Origin: the human T2T-CHM13v2.0 reference genome, Homo sapiens
Direction: 5' to 3' (one strand)
Assembly (NCBI RefSeq): GCF_009914755.1
Contig: NC_060926.1
DNA: 64,000 nt
Under the pieces are notes generated by a model that did no database searches, was not told where the DNA came from, and was given only the letters and a program-made list of their open reading frames with translations. Of this stretch, positions 28,180 to 46,500 are shown one piece after another; within the stretch, counting starts at the first letter, position 1, and every line of letters begins with the position of its first letter. The position numbers and the translations under genes were made by a program.

Positions 28180-29552
28180 CTAAAGCGTTTGTCTTTTTGC
28201 CATCAACAAGATCTTTTTATAAAGCAGGAAGGGTTAAAGTAAAATCAGTTCTTATATTCCCCTTGCACAAGCTTCATCATATATTTAAATTTTATGACAG
28301 ATTCCTTAAGTGACTTTATTTTGGACCTCCCCTACAAAAAATAAATTGCTCCCTTTTCTCAATCCCCACCATTTTTCTCACCCACCTTGACATGTAATCC
28401 ATAGAAAAAAGAAAGTGAAAGTTGGGAAAAGGAAAATTAGAGACAATGGCCTTCTGCCCATTCCTGCCCCCCACCCCAAGGAATTACTAAAACCCTACAT
28501 TTGAACATGAAACAAACTGTAAACAACTTTTAAAGTCAGTAAAACAGATGGGCTAGGAAAGAGTAGCTCTCCAGAATATTAAGAGAACATTTACAACTGA
28601 AATACTATCTTTCACATAAGAAATTGAAACTATGTCACAAACACTAACTTGTTAAAGTGACTCATAATACCTCTTAAAAGTCACAAGGGCCTCAAAACTA
28701 GCTATAAATTTCACTATTCTCACATATACCACCACCCCCGTCTTTTATACTGACCCACTAAGACAGGTAACAATGTTATTTATGTATCTACAGTGCTTTC
28801 CATTAAGTGAGCAAGAACTTTACATTTAAGGATGACCTTGCCACATCCCTAAGGAATTGTGAGGATTGTGCAACTCAGGTTTAGCAAGTGAGCCATTAAA
28901 CTTAATTCTCATTCAAACTTAGTTTGAATGACCTTTGTTTCTATTCTGTACCACAAGAAACATAAAATCCAACTTATCTAGTCTCTTATAACTTTCAAAA
29001 TATAGGTAGTGTTGAGCTTTTCTTTTCATTTCAATATGCTCTTAAATTTTACATTACAATTAAAGGAAGGATTACATTTATCTTACTGAAATAAAAGTGG
29101 TCTGAAAATCCCAATTCAATTGTTTTCAGAGGAAAAGGCATCAAATATCCACAAGACTCTTTTGAAATTATATATTCTGCAGTGGGATAATTATGTTACC
29201 TAACCAGAATAGTAATGACACATGCATTTAAAGCTGATAAAAATGAAAGTCTTGTCAAAAGGAAGTGACAGCCCAACTTGTCAGGCCAAACATGCTTTGG
29301 CATAGAACTTTATATGCTCTTTAAAATGATTTTAATAAAAATAATAAGCTAATCAATGCAATCAAACTTTGAAGGTAATAACAATATCAATTATCAATTT
29401 TGTCCTCTCGATACTCCTTGGCTAGTTTTGCATTTCTGCTAACATCATTGGCCCTGGATGATTCTGAAACTTCAGCCTACAATACCGTAAAGTCTTTACT
29501 GTATATGTTCAACTTCAAGCATAAGAGAAGTTACAATTAAAAGTATAATCAG

Positions 29553-29859
29553 AGGCTGGGCACAGTGGCTCAGTCCTGTAATTACAGCACTTTGGGAGGC
29601 CGAGGTGGGAGGATAACTTGAGCTCAGGAGTTTGAGCCTAGCCTGTGCAACATAGCGAGACCACTTCCCTACAAATAATTTAAAAAATCAGCCAGACATG
29701 GTGGCATGTGTCTGTGGTCCCAGCTACTTGGGAGGCTGAGACAGGAGAATCACCTCAGCCCAGGAGGCCAAGGCTGCAGTGAGCAGTGATCACACCACCA
29801 CACTCTAACATGGGTGACAGAGTGAGACCTTGTCTCAAAAAAAAAAAAAAAAAAAAAAA
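29553..29859 (+). mobile_element. Alu (AluJ-like)
   Basis: Dimer with a long poly-A tail, followed by a G-rich tract. Confidence 0.92.
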
Positions 29860-29893
29860 GGGGGTGGGGGGTGGGTGGCGGGGTGGTAATCAG

Positions 29894-30034
29894 GGCCAGG
29901 CATGGTAGCTAATGCCTGTAGTCCCAGAACTTTGGGAGACTGAGGTGAGAGGATTGCTTGAGGCTGGAGTTTGAGACCATCCTGGCCAACATGCCAAGAC
30001 GGCTCATAAAAATATTAAAAATATAAAAAATAAA
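29894..30034 (+). mobile_element. Alu left monomer / FLAM
   Basis: ggccaggcatggtagctaatgcctgtagtccca... single arm with an A-rich tail. Confidence 0.8.
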
Positions 30035-30716
30035 GTACAATCAGATTTCTCCTTTTCCATCAGATGGATAAAGTTCAGTAACTTAATAATATGGTAGAAA
30101 ACAGACATTTATATGTTAGCTGTGGTGATATAAACCAGTTTCACTTTATAGAGGACAACTGGTAATATCTGTCAAGTTTATAAATGCATATACCCTTTAA
30201 CTCAGCAATTTTAGAATGTTATCCTTCAAATATATATTTGTACATACATGAAATTATATAATACATTACTGATAAAACACAGACAAGAATATGTATACAA
30301 CCCAAATGACCACCTAAAGGAGACTGGTTAAATAAATGAGTATAATTGAAAGAAAATTAGGACCTGAACTAAGACCTTTGAGAAAAGAGTAAAAGACTAT
30401 GAGAATAATGTCAATCTTTTACCTTTTTTTCTCTAGAAAACTAAGACATTAGAAACAAAAAGTCTTAAAACACATTCCTACATAAAAAAAAGAATTCCTT
30501 CTGTAAAACGACCTCAGTCGAAAACATAATAATTGGTATAAATTCTTACTCTTTTAAAATAAAGATTAAATTCCAGCTAAAAATTCTCCAGATATGGCAG
30601 TATATTGCTCTTTGAATTGAACTGAGGAAGGGCGAGGGTGAGAGACATAAAAGATGAAAACAGTGAAAGGAAGAAATAAAGGGAAGGGAAAAAGTAAAAA
30701 GAAAAAGAGGAAAATA

Positions 30717-31300
<584 letters not shown>

Positions 31301-31574
31301 AAGTGTTATGAATAAATATGTTTAAAAACTTACAAATCATCAACTGCCATTTATCAGTACAACTAAACTTAATGATAACAGGATATATTTCTGGAGAAGA
31401 AAACTTTGGAATTATTTTCAAGGAAAATGAATGTTGAACTTCCATGATACTTTATGTGTATTTTTCACAGTATAGAAAATTAGATATTCACTTCCTAACC
31501 ATCATAAACAAAAAAGATAAAAATAATAGAAGGAAGATATTTTACTATTTAAGTCTGCATGACAGAAAGAAAAT

Positions 31575-31887
31575 TTATTTTTTTATTTAATTTTTTATTT
31601 TATATATTTATTTTTTTTGAGATGGAGTCTCACTCTGTTGCCCAGGCTGGAGTGCAGTGGCACCATCTCAGCTCACTGCAAGCTCCGCTTCCCGGGTTCA
31701 TGCCATCCTCTTGCCTCAGCCTCCTGAGTAGCTGGGACTACAGGCGCCCGCCACTGCACCCAGCTAATTTTTTGTATTTTTAGTAGAGACGGGGTTTTAC
31801 CGTGGTCTCAATCTCCTGACCTCGTGATCCGCCCGCCCCGGCCTCCCAAAATGCTGGGATTACAGGTGTGAGCCACCGTGCCCAGCT
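31575..31887 (-). mobile_element. Alu (AluY-like)
   Basis: T-rich tail, gcaagctccgc diagnostic, gaaaatttatttttta on both flanks. Confidence 0.92.
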
Positions 31888-32053
31888 GAAAATTTATTTT
31901 TATATTATTTTCAATTCTAATTTGTCAAAAGGATATATGTAAATAGGAATATAAATCTTCTATATTTAAACAGGTTTATCTGCATACGTAATATCTAATA
32001 AACAATTAAAATATTTAAAATGTACCACTTAATTTATTAAAGCCCCCCCACCC

Positions 32054-32347
32054 TTTTTTTTTTCTTTTGAGACGGATTCTCACTCTGTCGCCCAGGCTGT
32101 AGTACAGTGGTGCGATTTCGGCTCACTGCAACTTCAGCCTCCCGGGGTCGAAGTAATTCTCCTACCTCAGCCTCCTGAGTAGCTGGGATTACAGGTGCGC
32201 ACCACTATGCCCAGCTAATTTTTGTATTTTTAGTAGAGACAGGGTTTTACCACTTGGTCAGGCTGTTCTCAAACTCCTGACCTCGTGATCCACCCACCTC
32301 GGTCTCCCTGAGCCCTGGGATTACAGGTGCGAGCCACCGCGCCCAGC
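32054..32347 (-). mobile_element. Alu (AluS-like)
   Basis: Full antisense dimer. Confidence 0.92.
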
Positions 32348-32816
32348 CTTATTGAAGCCATTTTAAACTACTGTGCATTCTGAAATTTAAAAGGGCTAGG
32401 ATTCAAAATTGAAATCACTGAGAAGTATATTCAAAATGAAAAATACACAAAATTCTTGGGTTGGACACTTTTCAGTAGCTTTTCAGTTACTTGCTATGGA
32501 ATATAAAAAGCATTCACTTTTACAAAAATCTAAAATAAAATATTATAAAACTTGATTAATTTAAGGTTCTCATCTTTTGATTTGAACACAAACTTCAAAG
32601 TAAAAGAGGAAATATATAAGTAAAAGTCAATTATACGGTTACAGTGTACAGTGAAGTTTCAATAATCTGCTTTATGTCTTAATGCCTTCTATAAACTGTA
32701 TCTATTCCCTCTGAAAAGCTTTGGATTATATTATCCTCTTAAATCTAGGCTGCTAGTTTTCTCTGGCACATAATCACTGCCTCTAGCCCTCTCTCTTAAA
32801 GACAGTGTCTTTATCA

Positions 32817-33308
<492 letters not shown>

Positions 33309-33392
33309 TTAAACCATTTGTAACACAGTTAGAAGGCCAAAAACAAAAAACAAAGCAAAGCAAAACAAAACAAAACAAAAAGCAGGAAATAG

Positions 33393-33735
<343 letters not shown>

Positions 33736-33756
33736 AAGAATAGTCCCAGAACCCTC

Positions 33757-33807
33757 TTTTTTTCCCCAAAGTGTTGGGATTACAGGTGTGAGCTACCGTG
33801 TCCAGCC
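33757..33807 (-). mobile_element. Tiny Alu 5'-end fragment with short A tail
   Basis: Antisense of the first ~43 nt of Alu plus a T7 run, between direct repeats CCCAGAACCCT. Confidence 0.75.
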
Positions 33808-34477
33808 CCAGAACCCTACCCTTTTTACTCCACAGAAGTATGGAGTCTTATACAGGCCTTCAAGCTGACAGATGAGTACATACTAGCTTTTTGATTCTCT
33901 TCCAAATTCCTTATTTATGACTATACTTTTGGCAGTCTCCTGATAAAATGAAATCTACCAATGTATTTCAGTTCAATCACGTGTTTGGGAAATACCTACT
34001 TCCCATCAGGTCTAAACTGCTGTAAAGGAGAATATAGGAAAAACAAATAAAACCAAGTTTCTACCCACAATGTACTTCCAATCTAGTTAGGGTAAAAAAG
34101 CAGCACACATATGTTCACAAAAACAGCTAAGAAAAGATAGTGCAGTACTAATAAATGAGGATTCAAGTGATAAAATCAAATATTTGTATTTCTTCATTTA
34201 ACAATATTAGCTAAACACCTACTTTGTGCCTGGCACAGTTATTGGTACTGGGACTAAAGTAGTGACAAAACAAAACAGAGCTAACAATCCAGTGAATGAA
34301 ACATATGTTGCCTAAGACGTATGTGTACCAGTAGCATACGTTATATTTACTTAGAACCAGAAACACAGTTGCAGGCAAAAGCAGTGAATACAAAAATAAA
34401 CACAAAAAGCAACTGGATGCCTATTTAACTCTAGAGTCAAGTAGAGAACTGATGTTCAACTTAAAAATTGCTTGCTT

Positions 34478-34644
34478 GCTTATTCATTTATTTGTTTATT
34501 TCTTTGAGACAGGGTCTCACTCTGTTGCCGAGGCTGGAGTGCAATCATAGCTCACCGCAGCCTCGAACTCCTGAACTCAGGCAATCCACCTGCCTCAGCC
34601 TCCCAAAGTGCTGGAATTACAGGCTTGAGCCACCACGCCGGGCC
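34478..34644 (-). mobile_element. FLAM/AluJ monomer
   Basis: (ttta)n tail, gagacagggtctcactctgttgcc ... gagccaccacgccgggcc. Confidence 0.85.
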
Positions 34645-35033
34645 TATGTGTTTTTAAGGAGGCCGGCCTGAGTGTGGTTTTCCTTGTTGAAATGTGTCTC
34701 TAAGCAGGTTCCTGGCTCCTGGACTTTCTGGGGCAGGGTTTCCACCCTGTCCCTGGGCAGCCCAGGGGCTGACCCGGAAACCGTGAATTCAGCATGCTCA
34801 GCAAAGCCTGCAAAGCCATCCTCTTCTGGACAAAGTTCAGACTTCAATTCCTCTGTTCTCAGATGTCAGGCATAGAGCAGAGCCTTGTTAACCACGGTCA
34901 CACTGTTTCATACTGAATTGTTACAAATTAGTACTTATTCATCCTGCGTAACTGCAACTTTGTATTTTTAACCAATACCTCTTCATTTCCTCCTGCTGAT
35001 GATCAGGGTATATCCATAGATAATCATCACATT

Positions 35034-35339
<306 letters not shown>

Positions 35340-35610
35340 CTACCAAGGAGTTTTGCTTCACCCATGAAAGGAAGAAAACGGTCCAGGTAAAACGGCCATC
35401 GGGATGTAACAAAAAATTGTCAATGATCACACCCTATAGAGGTGGCTGATTTGATACAACAGCCAGTGAAATTTTTGACGACAAATATTGCAGACTGCAA
35501 GAGACGCTTCTTGTTCGTGGAAATAGAAATAAAGCATGGTGTCTGCGCCCGGCTTTCCGCTGTAAGCTGAAGTACTTCACGGCAGCAGGAATTGGGCAAC
35601 CCACCGTTTA

Positions 35611-36111
<501 letters not shown>

Positions 36112-36138
36112 TCATAAATGTGTACAATCATTATGGAG

Positions 36139-36432
36139 TTTTTTTCTTGAGACAAGGTCTTGCTCTGTTGCCTAAGCTGGAGTGTGCAGTGATGCAATCA
36201 TGGCTCAGTGCAGCCTTAACCTCCTGGACTCAAACCATCCTTCCACCTCAGCCTCCCCAGTAGCTGGAAATACAGGTCTGCACCAGTAGGTCCAGCTAAC
36301 TTTTGTACTTTTTTTTTAAGAGATGGGATCTTGCTATGTTGCCCAGACTGGTCTTGAACTTCTGGCCTTGTGATTCTCCCACCTCAGCCTCCCAAAGCGC
36401 TGGGATTACAAGCGTGAGCCACTGCGCCTGAT
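36139..36432 (-). mobile_element. Alu (AluJ-like)
   Basis: Antisense dimer, diverged. Confidence 0.9.
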
Positions 36433-36627
36433 CCGAACGTTGACTCTTAAAAATAAAATAAAACTTTAGAAAAGAAGAAAATCTAGTGGTGGTTTTTGTC
36501 TTTTCATTGGCTCTGTGTTACTTTGTAGCTGCAATTTTTCTTTCCTTCATTAAGTCAGCTCCAAATTTGCAAACTCAAGTGAAAGGTGAGTGAGTTTTTT
36601 GTGTATCTTCTTGGCATGGGGTGGTGA

Positions 36628-36635
36628 GTGTGTGT

Positions 36636-36677
<42 letters not shown>
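36628..36677 (+). repeat. (TG)n microsatellite
   Basis: About 20 uninterrupted TG units. Confidence 0.97.
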
Positions 36678-36679
<2 letters not shown>

Positions 36680-37780
36680 TTGTATGTCCAGGGTTCCTCA
36701 ACATCCCTGAAGACACTTGGGGCTCCTTAATATCCATATAATTTCTATTTTGACCAGAAAGAGGAAAAGTCAACATTTTGGAAACTCCAAACTCCACCAG
36801 GGGCTTGGCTGAAACAGGTGTGTGTCGTTTCTCCAACCAGCCAGCTCACCTGCAAATCTCAGAACTTATGTTAATGAGAGTTGCCTGCCCACAGCTCTTC
36901 TACGAATAATGTTTTTGTATGTAAAGGAGAAGCAAAAACATTTTTTTGACCTCTTGGAGCACGAAAATTAATAAGAAGTTGATAAAGCAAAGTCTGTGCC
37001 TGCTGAAAATAAAACAAGTGTGGTTTGTTTACCCACTGAAGCCTTCACGTTGTCAGGCCTGCGTCGAGATGATTTATAGACCAACACCCCATGAAATCAT
37101 TTAAAGCAGATTAGATTCCCAGGACAATCCTCTCTAATATGACAAGCTGATAGAGGCTGACAGGTAACTAGGTTGTTCAGGATGGCAAGCCAGTCCCAGA
37201 AATTCTGATTAAATTAAAATATTAATGGTACCGCCGGGAGAGGAAGATTGAGTTGAGGTGGGCAAATTCTGTATGAGGACCGAGGAGCAAACACCACGTC
37301 GCAGTCGCTGTGCTGGAAGCAGAAGCCTGGGGGTGCCAGGGGGAGTTACCTTTGCTAAACCCGAAAGCAGGGCCTGCATTGCAATGAACTGTGCGGTGCT
37401 GGAGACAGGGTGGGGACAACACACCTGCCAGGCTCAGAAGGGAACACGGAGATTCCCTAATCACCTCCTCTCTCCTGCAGCTGCAAAGGTGACGGCCGGA
37501 GACCCTCATCTCTGCAGCTCTTAATTCCCCAGTAACCTCTCCCATGGCCTCTGCAAATGCTGGTTTGCAGGGCACTTTAACCCAATCTGAAATTGAGACT
37601 CCAACATCATGACTGTGTACAGATTCTCTAGGAAACTGTCTTGTGCCGGCTGGATGAAAGCTTATTGCTGTGTGTGTGTGTAGTGTGTGTGTGTGGTTTT
37701 GTTTTTTCCTTACAGAGAAAAATGCAAAGAATCTTGCCCCGGCCACAGGAAAAGGAGATTCCTGAGCAGTGTACATTTGC

Positions 37781-38167
37781 TCCTCTTTCTTTCTTTATCT
37801 TTCTTTCTTCTTTCTTCCTTTCTTTCCCTGTCTCTCCTTCCTTCTGTCTTCCTTTCTTTCTCTCTCTCCTTCCTTCCTTCTTTTTTCTCTTTCTTTCTTC
37901 TTTCTTTCTCTCTCTCCTTCCTTCCTTCTTTCTTCCTTGCTTTCTCTCCTTCCTTCCTTACTTCCTTCTTTCTTTCTCTCTCTCCTTCTTTCTTTCTTTC
38001 TCTCTTTCTTTCTTTCCTTCCTTCCTTCCTTTCTTTCCTTTCTTTCTCTCTCTCTCCTTCTCTCTCTCTCCCAATCTCTCTCTTTCTCTCTCCCCTTCCT
38101 TCCTTCCTTCCTCCTTCTTTCCTTCCTTCCTTCCTTCCTTCCTTCCCTTTTCTCTCTCTCTCTTTCC
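37781..38167 (+). repeat. CT-rich polypyrimidine tract (CTTT/CCTT/CT)
   Basis: About 390 bp that is nearly all C and T and abuts the GGCT satellite. Confidence 0.97.
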
Positions 38168-39357
38168 AGCTGGCTTGGCTGGCTGGCTGACTTGGCTGGC
38201 TTGTGTGGCTGGCTGGGCTGGCTGCGGTGGCTGGGTTGGCTGGCTGGCTGGGCTGGCTGGGCTGGCTGGGCTGGCTGGCTGGCTTGGCTGGCTGGGCTGG
38301 CTGGCTGGCTTGAATGGCTTGGCTGGCTTGGCTGGCCTGGCTGGCTGGCTGGCTTGGCTGGCTTGGCAGGCTGGCTGGTTTAGCTGTCTTGGGTGGCTGG
38401 GTGGCTGGCTGGCTTGGCTGGCTGGGCTGGCTGGCTGGCCTGGCTGGCTGGCTGGCTTGGCTGGCTTGGCAGGCTGGCTGGTTTAGTTGGCTTGGTTGGC
38501 TGGCTGGCTTGGCTGGCTTGACTGGCTGGCTGGCTTGGCTGGCTTGGCTGGCTGGCTGAGTTGGCTGGCTTGGCTGGCTTGGGTGGCTTGGCTGGCTGGC
38601 TGGCTTCATTGGCTTGGATGGCTGGCTGGCTTGGATGGCTGCCTGGCTTGGCTAGCTTGGCTGGCTGACTGGCTTGGCTGCCTTGGCTGGCTTGGCTGGC
38701 TAGGCGGGCTTGGCTGGCTTGGCTGGCTGGCTTGGCTGGCTTGGCTAGCTGGCTTGGCTAGCTGGCTTGGCTGGCTTGGCTTGCTGGCTGTCTTGGCTGG
38801 CTTGGCAGGCTGACTTGGCTGGCTTTGCTGGCTGGCTGGCTTTGCAGGCTTGGCTGGCTTGGCTGGCTTGGCTGGCTTGCTTGGCCGGCTTGCCTGGCTG
38901 GGTGGCTTGGCTGGCTTGGCTGGCTGGCTGGCTGGGTGTCTTGGGTGGCTTGGCTGGCTGGGTGGCTTGGCTGGTTTGGCTGGCTGGCTTGGCTGGCTGG
39001 CTTGCTGGCTTGCTTGGCTGGCTTGGCTGGCTGGCTGGCTGGCTTGGCTGTCTGGGCTGGCTGGCTCTCTTGGATGGCTTGGCTGACTGGGTGGCTGGCT
39101 TGGCTGTCTGTGCTGGCTGGCTGGCTTGGATGGCTTGGCTGACTGGGTGGCTGGCTGGCCTGGCTGGCTGGGTGGCTGACTGGCTTCGCAGGCTTGTCTG
39201 GCTTGGCTGGCTGGGTGGCAGGCTGGCCTGGCTGGCTGGGTGGCTGGCTGGCTTGGCTGGCTGGGTGGCTGGCTTGGCTGGCTGGGTGGCTGGCTGGCCT
39301 TGCTGGCTGGGTGGCTGGCTGGCTTGGCTGGCTGGCTGGCTGGGTGGCTGGCTGGCG

Positions 39358-39390
<33 letters not shown>

Positions 39391-40834
39391 TGGCTGTCTG
39401 GGCTGGCTGGCTCTCTTGGATGGCTTGGCTGACTGGGTGGATGGCTTGGCTGTCTGTGCTGGCTGGCTGGCTTGGATGGCTTGGCTGACTGGGTGGCTGG
39501 CTGGGTGGCTGACTGGCTTTGCAGGCTTCTCTGGCTTGGCTGGCTGTGTGGCAGGCTGGCCTGGCTGGCTGGGTGGCTGGCTGGCTTGGCTGGCTGGCTG
39601 GCTGGGTGGCTGGCTGGCCTGGCTGGCTGGGTGGCTGGCTGGCTTGGCTGGCTGGCTGGCTGGGTGGCTGGCTGGCGTGGCTGGCTGGCTGGCTGGCTGG
39701 CTGGCTTGGCTGGTTTGGCTGGCTGGCTGGCTTGGCTCGTTTGGCTGGCTGGCTGGCTTGGCTGGCTGTCCGGCTTGACTGGCTTGGCTGGCTGCCTGGC
39801 TTTGCTGGCTGGCTGGCTTGGCTGGCTGCCTGGCTTGGCTGTCTGGGCTGGCTGGGTGGCTTGGCTGGCTTGGCTGGGTCGGTGGCTTGGCTGGCTTGGC
39901 TGCCTGGCCGGCTTGGCTGCCTTGGCTGTCTGGCCGGCTTGGTTGGCTGGCAGGCTGGCCGGCTTAGCTGGCTGGCTGGTTGGCTGGCTTGGCTAGCTGA
40001 CTGGCTTTGCTGGTTGGCTGGCTTGGCTGGCTTGGCTGGCTGGTTGGATGGCCGGGTGGCTTGTCTGGCTTGGCTAGCCGGCTGGCTTAGCTAGCTGGAT
40101 GGCTTGGCTGGCACGCCTGGCTTGGTTGGCTGGCTAGTTTTGCTGGCTTGGCTGCCTGGCTGGCTTGGCTGGCATGCCTGGCTTTGCTTGCTGGCTGGCT
40201 TGGCTGACATGGCTGCCTGGCTGGCTTGGCTGGCATGCCTGTCTTGGCTGGCTGGCGGGCCTGGCTGGCTTGGCTGGTTTGGCTGCCTGGCTGGCTTGGC
40301 TGGCATGCCTGTCTTGGCTGGCTGGCGGGCTTGACTGGCTTGGCTGGCTTGGCTGGCTGGGAGGCTTGGCTGGCTTGGCTGGCTGGTTGGCTGGCTGGCT
40401 TGGCTGGCTTGGCTGGCTTGTCTGGCTTGGCTGGCTTGGCTGTCTTTGTGGCTTCACTGGCTTGGCTGGCTGGCTGGCTTGGCTGGCTTGGCTGGCTGGC
40501 TGGCTGGCTGTCTTGGCTGGCTTGGCTGCCTGGCTGGCTGAGTGGCTTTGCTGGCTGGGTGGCTGGCTGGCTTGGCTGGCTTGGCTGGCTTGGCTGGCTA
40601 GCTGGCTTGGCTGACTTGGCTGGCTAGCTGGCTAGCTGGCTTGGCTGACTTGGCCGGCTAGGTAGCTTGGCTGACTTGGTTGGCTAGCTGGCTTGGCTGG
40701 CTTGGCTGGCTTGGTTGGCTGGCTGGCTGGCTGGCTTGGCTGGCTTGGCATGCTGGCTGGTTGGGTGGCTTAGCTGGCTGGCTGGCTGGCTGGGTCGCTT
40801 GACTGGCTTGGCTGGCTGGCTTGGCTGGCTTGGT
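38168..40834. repeat. GGCT/GGCTT satellite, proximal irregular block
   Basis: Mix of GGCT, GGCTT and GGGT monomers with local duplications (e.g. ctctcttggatgg at 39065 and 39411). Confidence 0.96.
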
Positions 40835-43569
<2,735 letters not shown>

Positions 43570-46500
43570 TCCTGGCATGGCTGGCTGGCTGGCTTGTATG
43601 GCTTGGCTGGCTGGCTGGCATGGCTGGCTTGGCTGGTTCGCTGGCTGACAGGCTTGGCTGGCTGGGTGGCTTGGCTGGTATGCCTGGCTGGGTGGCTTGG
43701 CTGGCTTAGTTGGCTGGGTGGCTTGGCTGGCTGGCTGGCTGGCTGGCTGGCTTGGCTGGTGGGGTGGCTTGGCCGGACGCCTCGCTTGGCTGGCTGGATG
43801 GCTTGGCTGGCACGGATTGCTTGGCTGGCTGGCTGGCTTGGCTTGCGTGGCTGGCTGGCTGGCTTGGCTGGCTTGGCTGTCTTGGCTGGCTGGAAGGCTT
43901 GGCTGGCTGTGTGGCTTGGCTGTCTTGGCTGGCTGGGTGGCTTGGCTGGCTGTGTGGCTTGGCTGGCTTGGCTGGCTGGGTGGCTTGGCTGGCTGGCTAA
44001 CTGGCTTGGCTGGCGTGGATGGTTGGCTGGCTTGGTGGGTGGCCGGCTTGGCAGGCTGGCTGGCTGGCCTGACTGGCTTGATGGCTAGATGGCTTGGCTG
44101 GCTGGGTGGCTTGCCTGGCTTGGCTGGCTTGGCTGGCTGGCTGGCTGCTTGGCTGGCTTGGCTGGCTGGCTGGCTTGGCTGGTTGGCTGGTTTGGCCGGC
44201 TTGGCTGGCTTGGCCGGCCGGGTGGCTTGGCTGGCTTGGCTAGCCGGCTGGCTTAGCTGGCTGGATGGCTTGGCTGGCATGCCTGGCTTGGCTGGCTGGC
44301 TGGCTTGGCTGGCTTGGCTGCCTGGCTGGTTTGGCTGGCATGCCTGTCTTGGCTGGCTGTCGGGCTTGACTGGCTTGGCTGGCTTAGCTGCCTGGCTGGC
44401 TGGCTGGCGGGCCTGGCTGGCTAGGTGGCTTGGCCTGCTTGGCTGGCTGGGTGGCTGGCTGCCTGGCTGGCTGATTGGCTTGGCTGGCTTGGCTGGCTGG
44501 GTGGCGTGGCTGGCTTGGCTGGCTGGGAGGCTTGGCTGGCTTGGCTGGCTGGGAGGCTTGGCTGGCTGGGTGGCTGGCTGGCTTGGCTGGCTTGGCTGGC
44601 TTGGCTGGCTTGGGTGGCTGGCTGCCTGGCTGGCTGATTGGCTTGGCTGGCTTGGCTGGCTGGGTGGCTTGGCTGGCTGGGTGGCTTGGCTGGTTTGGCT
44701 AGCTGGCTGGCTGGGTAGCTTGGCTAGCTGGCTGGCTTGGCTGGTTGGCTGGCTTGGCTGGCTTGGCTAGCCGGCTGGCTTAGTTGGCTGGATGGCTTGG
44801 CTGGCATGCCTGGCTTGGCTGGCTGGCTGGCTTGGCTGGCTTGGCTGCCTGGCTGGCTTGGCTGACATGCCTGGCTTTGCTTGCTGGCTGGCTTGGCTGG
44901 CTTGGCTACCTGGCTGGCTTGGCTGCCTGGCTGGCTTGGCTAGCATGCCTGTCTTGGCTGGTTGGCGGGCTTGGCTGGCTTGGCTGGCTTGGCTGGCTTG
45001 GCTGTCTGGGCTGGCTGATTGGCTTGGCTGGCTTGGATGGTCGGGTGACTTGGCTGGCTTGAGTGGCTGAGTGGATTGCCTAGCTTGGCTGGCCGGCTGG
45101 CTTGGCAGGCTGGCTGGCTTGGCTGGCTTGGCTCGCTGGCTGGCTGGCTGGCTGGCTGGCGGGCCTGGCTGGCTAGGTGGCTTGGCTGGCTTGGCTGGCT
45201 GGGTGGCTTGGCTGGTTTTGCTGGCTGGGAGGCTTGGCTGGCTTGGCTGGCTGGCTGGCTGACTGACTTGGCTGGATTGGCTGGCTTGGCTGGCTGGCTT
45301 GGATGGTCGGGTGGCTTGTCTGGTTTGGCTGGCCAGCTGGCTTAGCCGGCTGGATGGCTTGGCTGGCATGCCTGGCTTGGCTGGCTGGCTGGTTTTGCTG
45401 GCTTGGCTGCCTGGCTGGCTTGGCTGGCCTGCCTGGCTTTGCTTGCTGCCTGGCTTGGCTGGCTTGGCTGCCTGGCTGGCTTGGCTGGCATGCCTGTCTT
45501 GCCTGGCTGGCGGGCTTGACTGGCTTGGCTGGCTTGGCTGCCTGGCTGGCTTGGCTGGCTTGGCTAGCTGGCTGGCTGGCTGGCGGGCCTGGCTGGCTAG
45601 GTGGCTTGGCAGGCTTGGCTGGCTGGGTGGCTTGGCTGGCTTGGCTGGCTGGGAGGCTTGGCTGGCTTGGCTGTCTGGGAGGCTTGGCTGGCTGGGTGGC
45701 TGGCTGGCTTGGCTGGCTAGGCTGGCTTGGCTGGCTTGGGTGGCTGGCTGCCTGGCTGGCTGATTGTCTTGGCTGGCTTGGCTGGCTGGGTGGCTTGGCT
45801 GGCTGGGTGGCTTGGCTGGTTTGGCTAGCTGGCTGGCTGGGTAGCTTGGCTAGCTGGCTGGCTTGGCTGGTTGGCTGGCTTGGCTGGCTTGGCTAGCCGG
45901 CTGGCTAAGTTGGCTGGATGGCTTGGCTGGCATGCCTGGCTTGGCTGGCTGGCTGGCTTGGCTGGCTTGGCTGCCTGGCTGGCTTGGCTGACATGCCTGG
46001 CTTTGCTTGCTGGCTGGCTTGGCTGGCTTGGCTGCCTGGCTGGCTTGGCTAGCATGCCTGTCTTGGCTGGTTGGCGGGCTTGGCTGGCTTGGCTGGCTTG
46101 GCTGGCTTGGCTATCTGGGCTGGCTGACTGGCTTGGCTGGCTTGGATGGTCGGGTGACTTGGCTGGCTTGAGTGGCTGAGTGGATTGCCTAGCTTGGCTG
46201 GCCGGCTGGCTTGGCAGGCTGGCTGGCTTGGCTGGCTTGGCTCGCTGGCTGGCTGGCTGGCTGGCTGGCGGGCCTGGCTGGCTAGGTGGCTTGGCTGGCT
46301 TGGCTGGCTGGGTGGCTTGGCTGGTTTTGCTGGCTGTGAGGCTTGGCTGGCTTGGCTGGCTGGCTGGCTGACTGACTTGGCTGGCTTGGCTGGCTTGGCT
46401 GGCTGGCTTGGATGGCCGGGTGGCTTGTCTGGCTAGGCTGGCCAGCTGGCTTAGCCGGCTGGATGGCTTGGCTGGCATGCCTGGCTTGGCTGGCTGGCTG

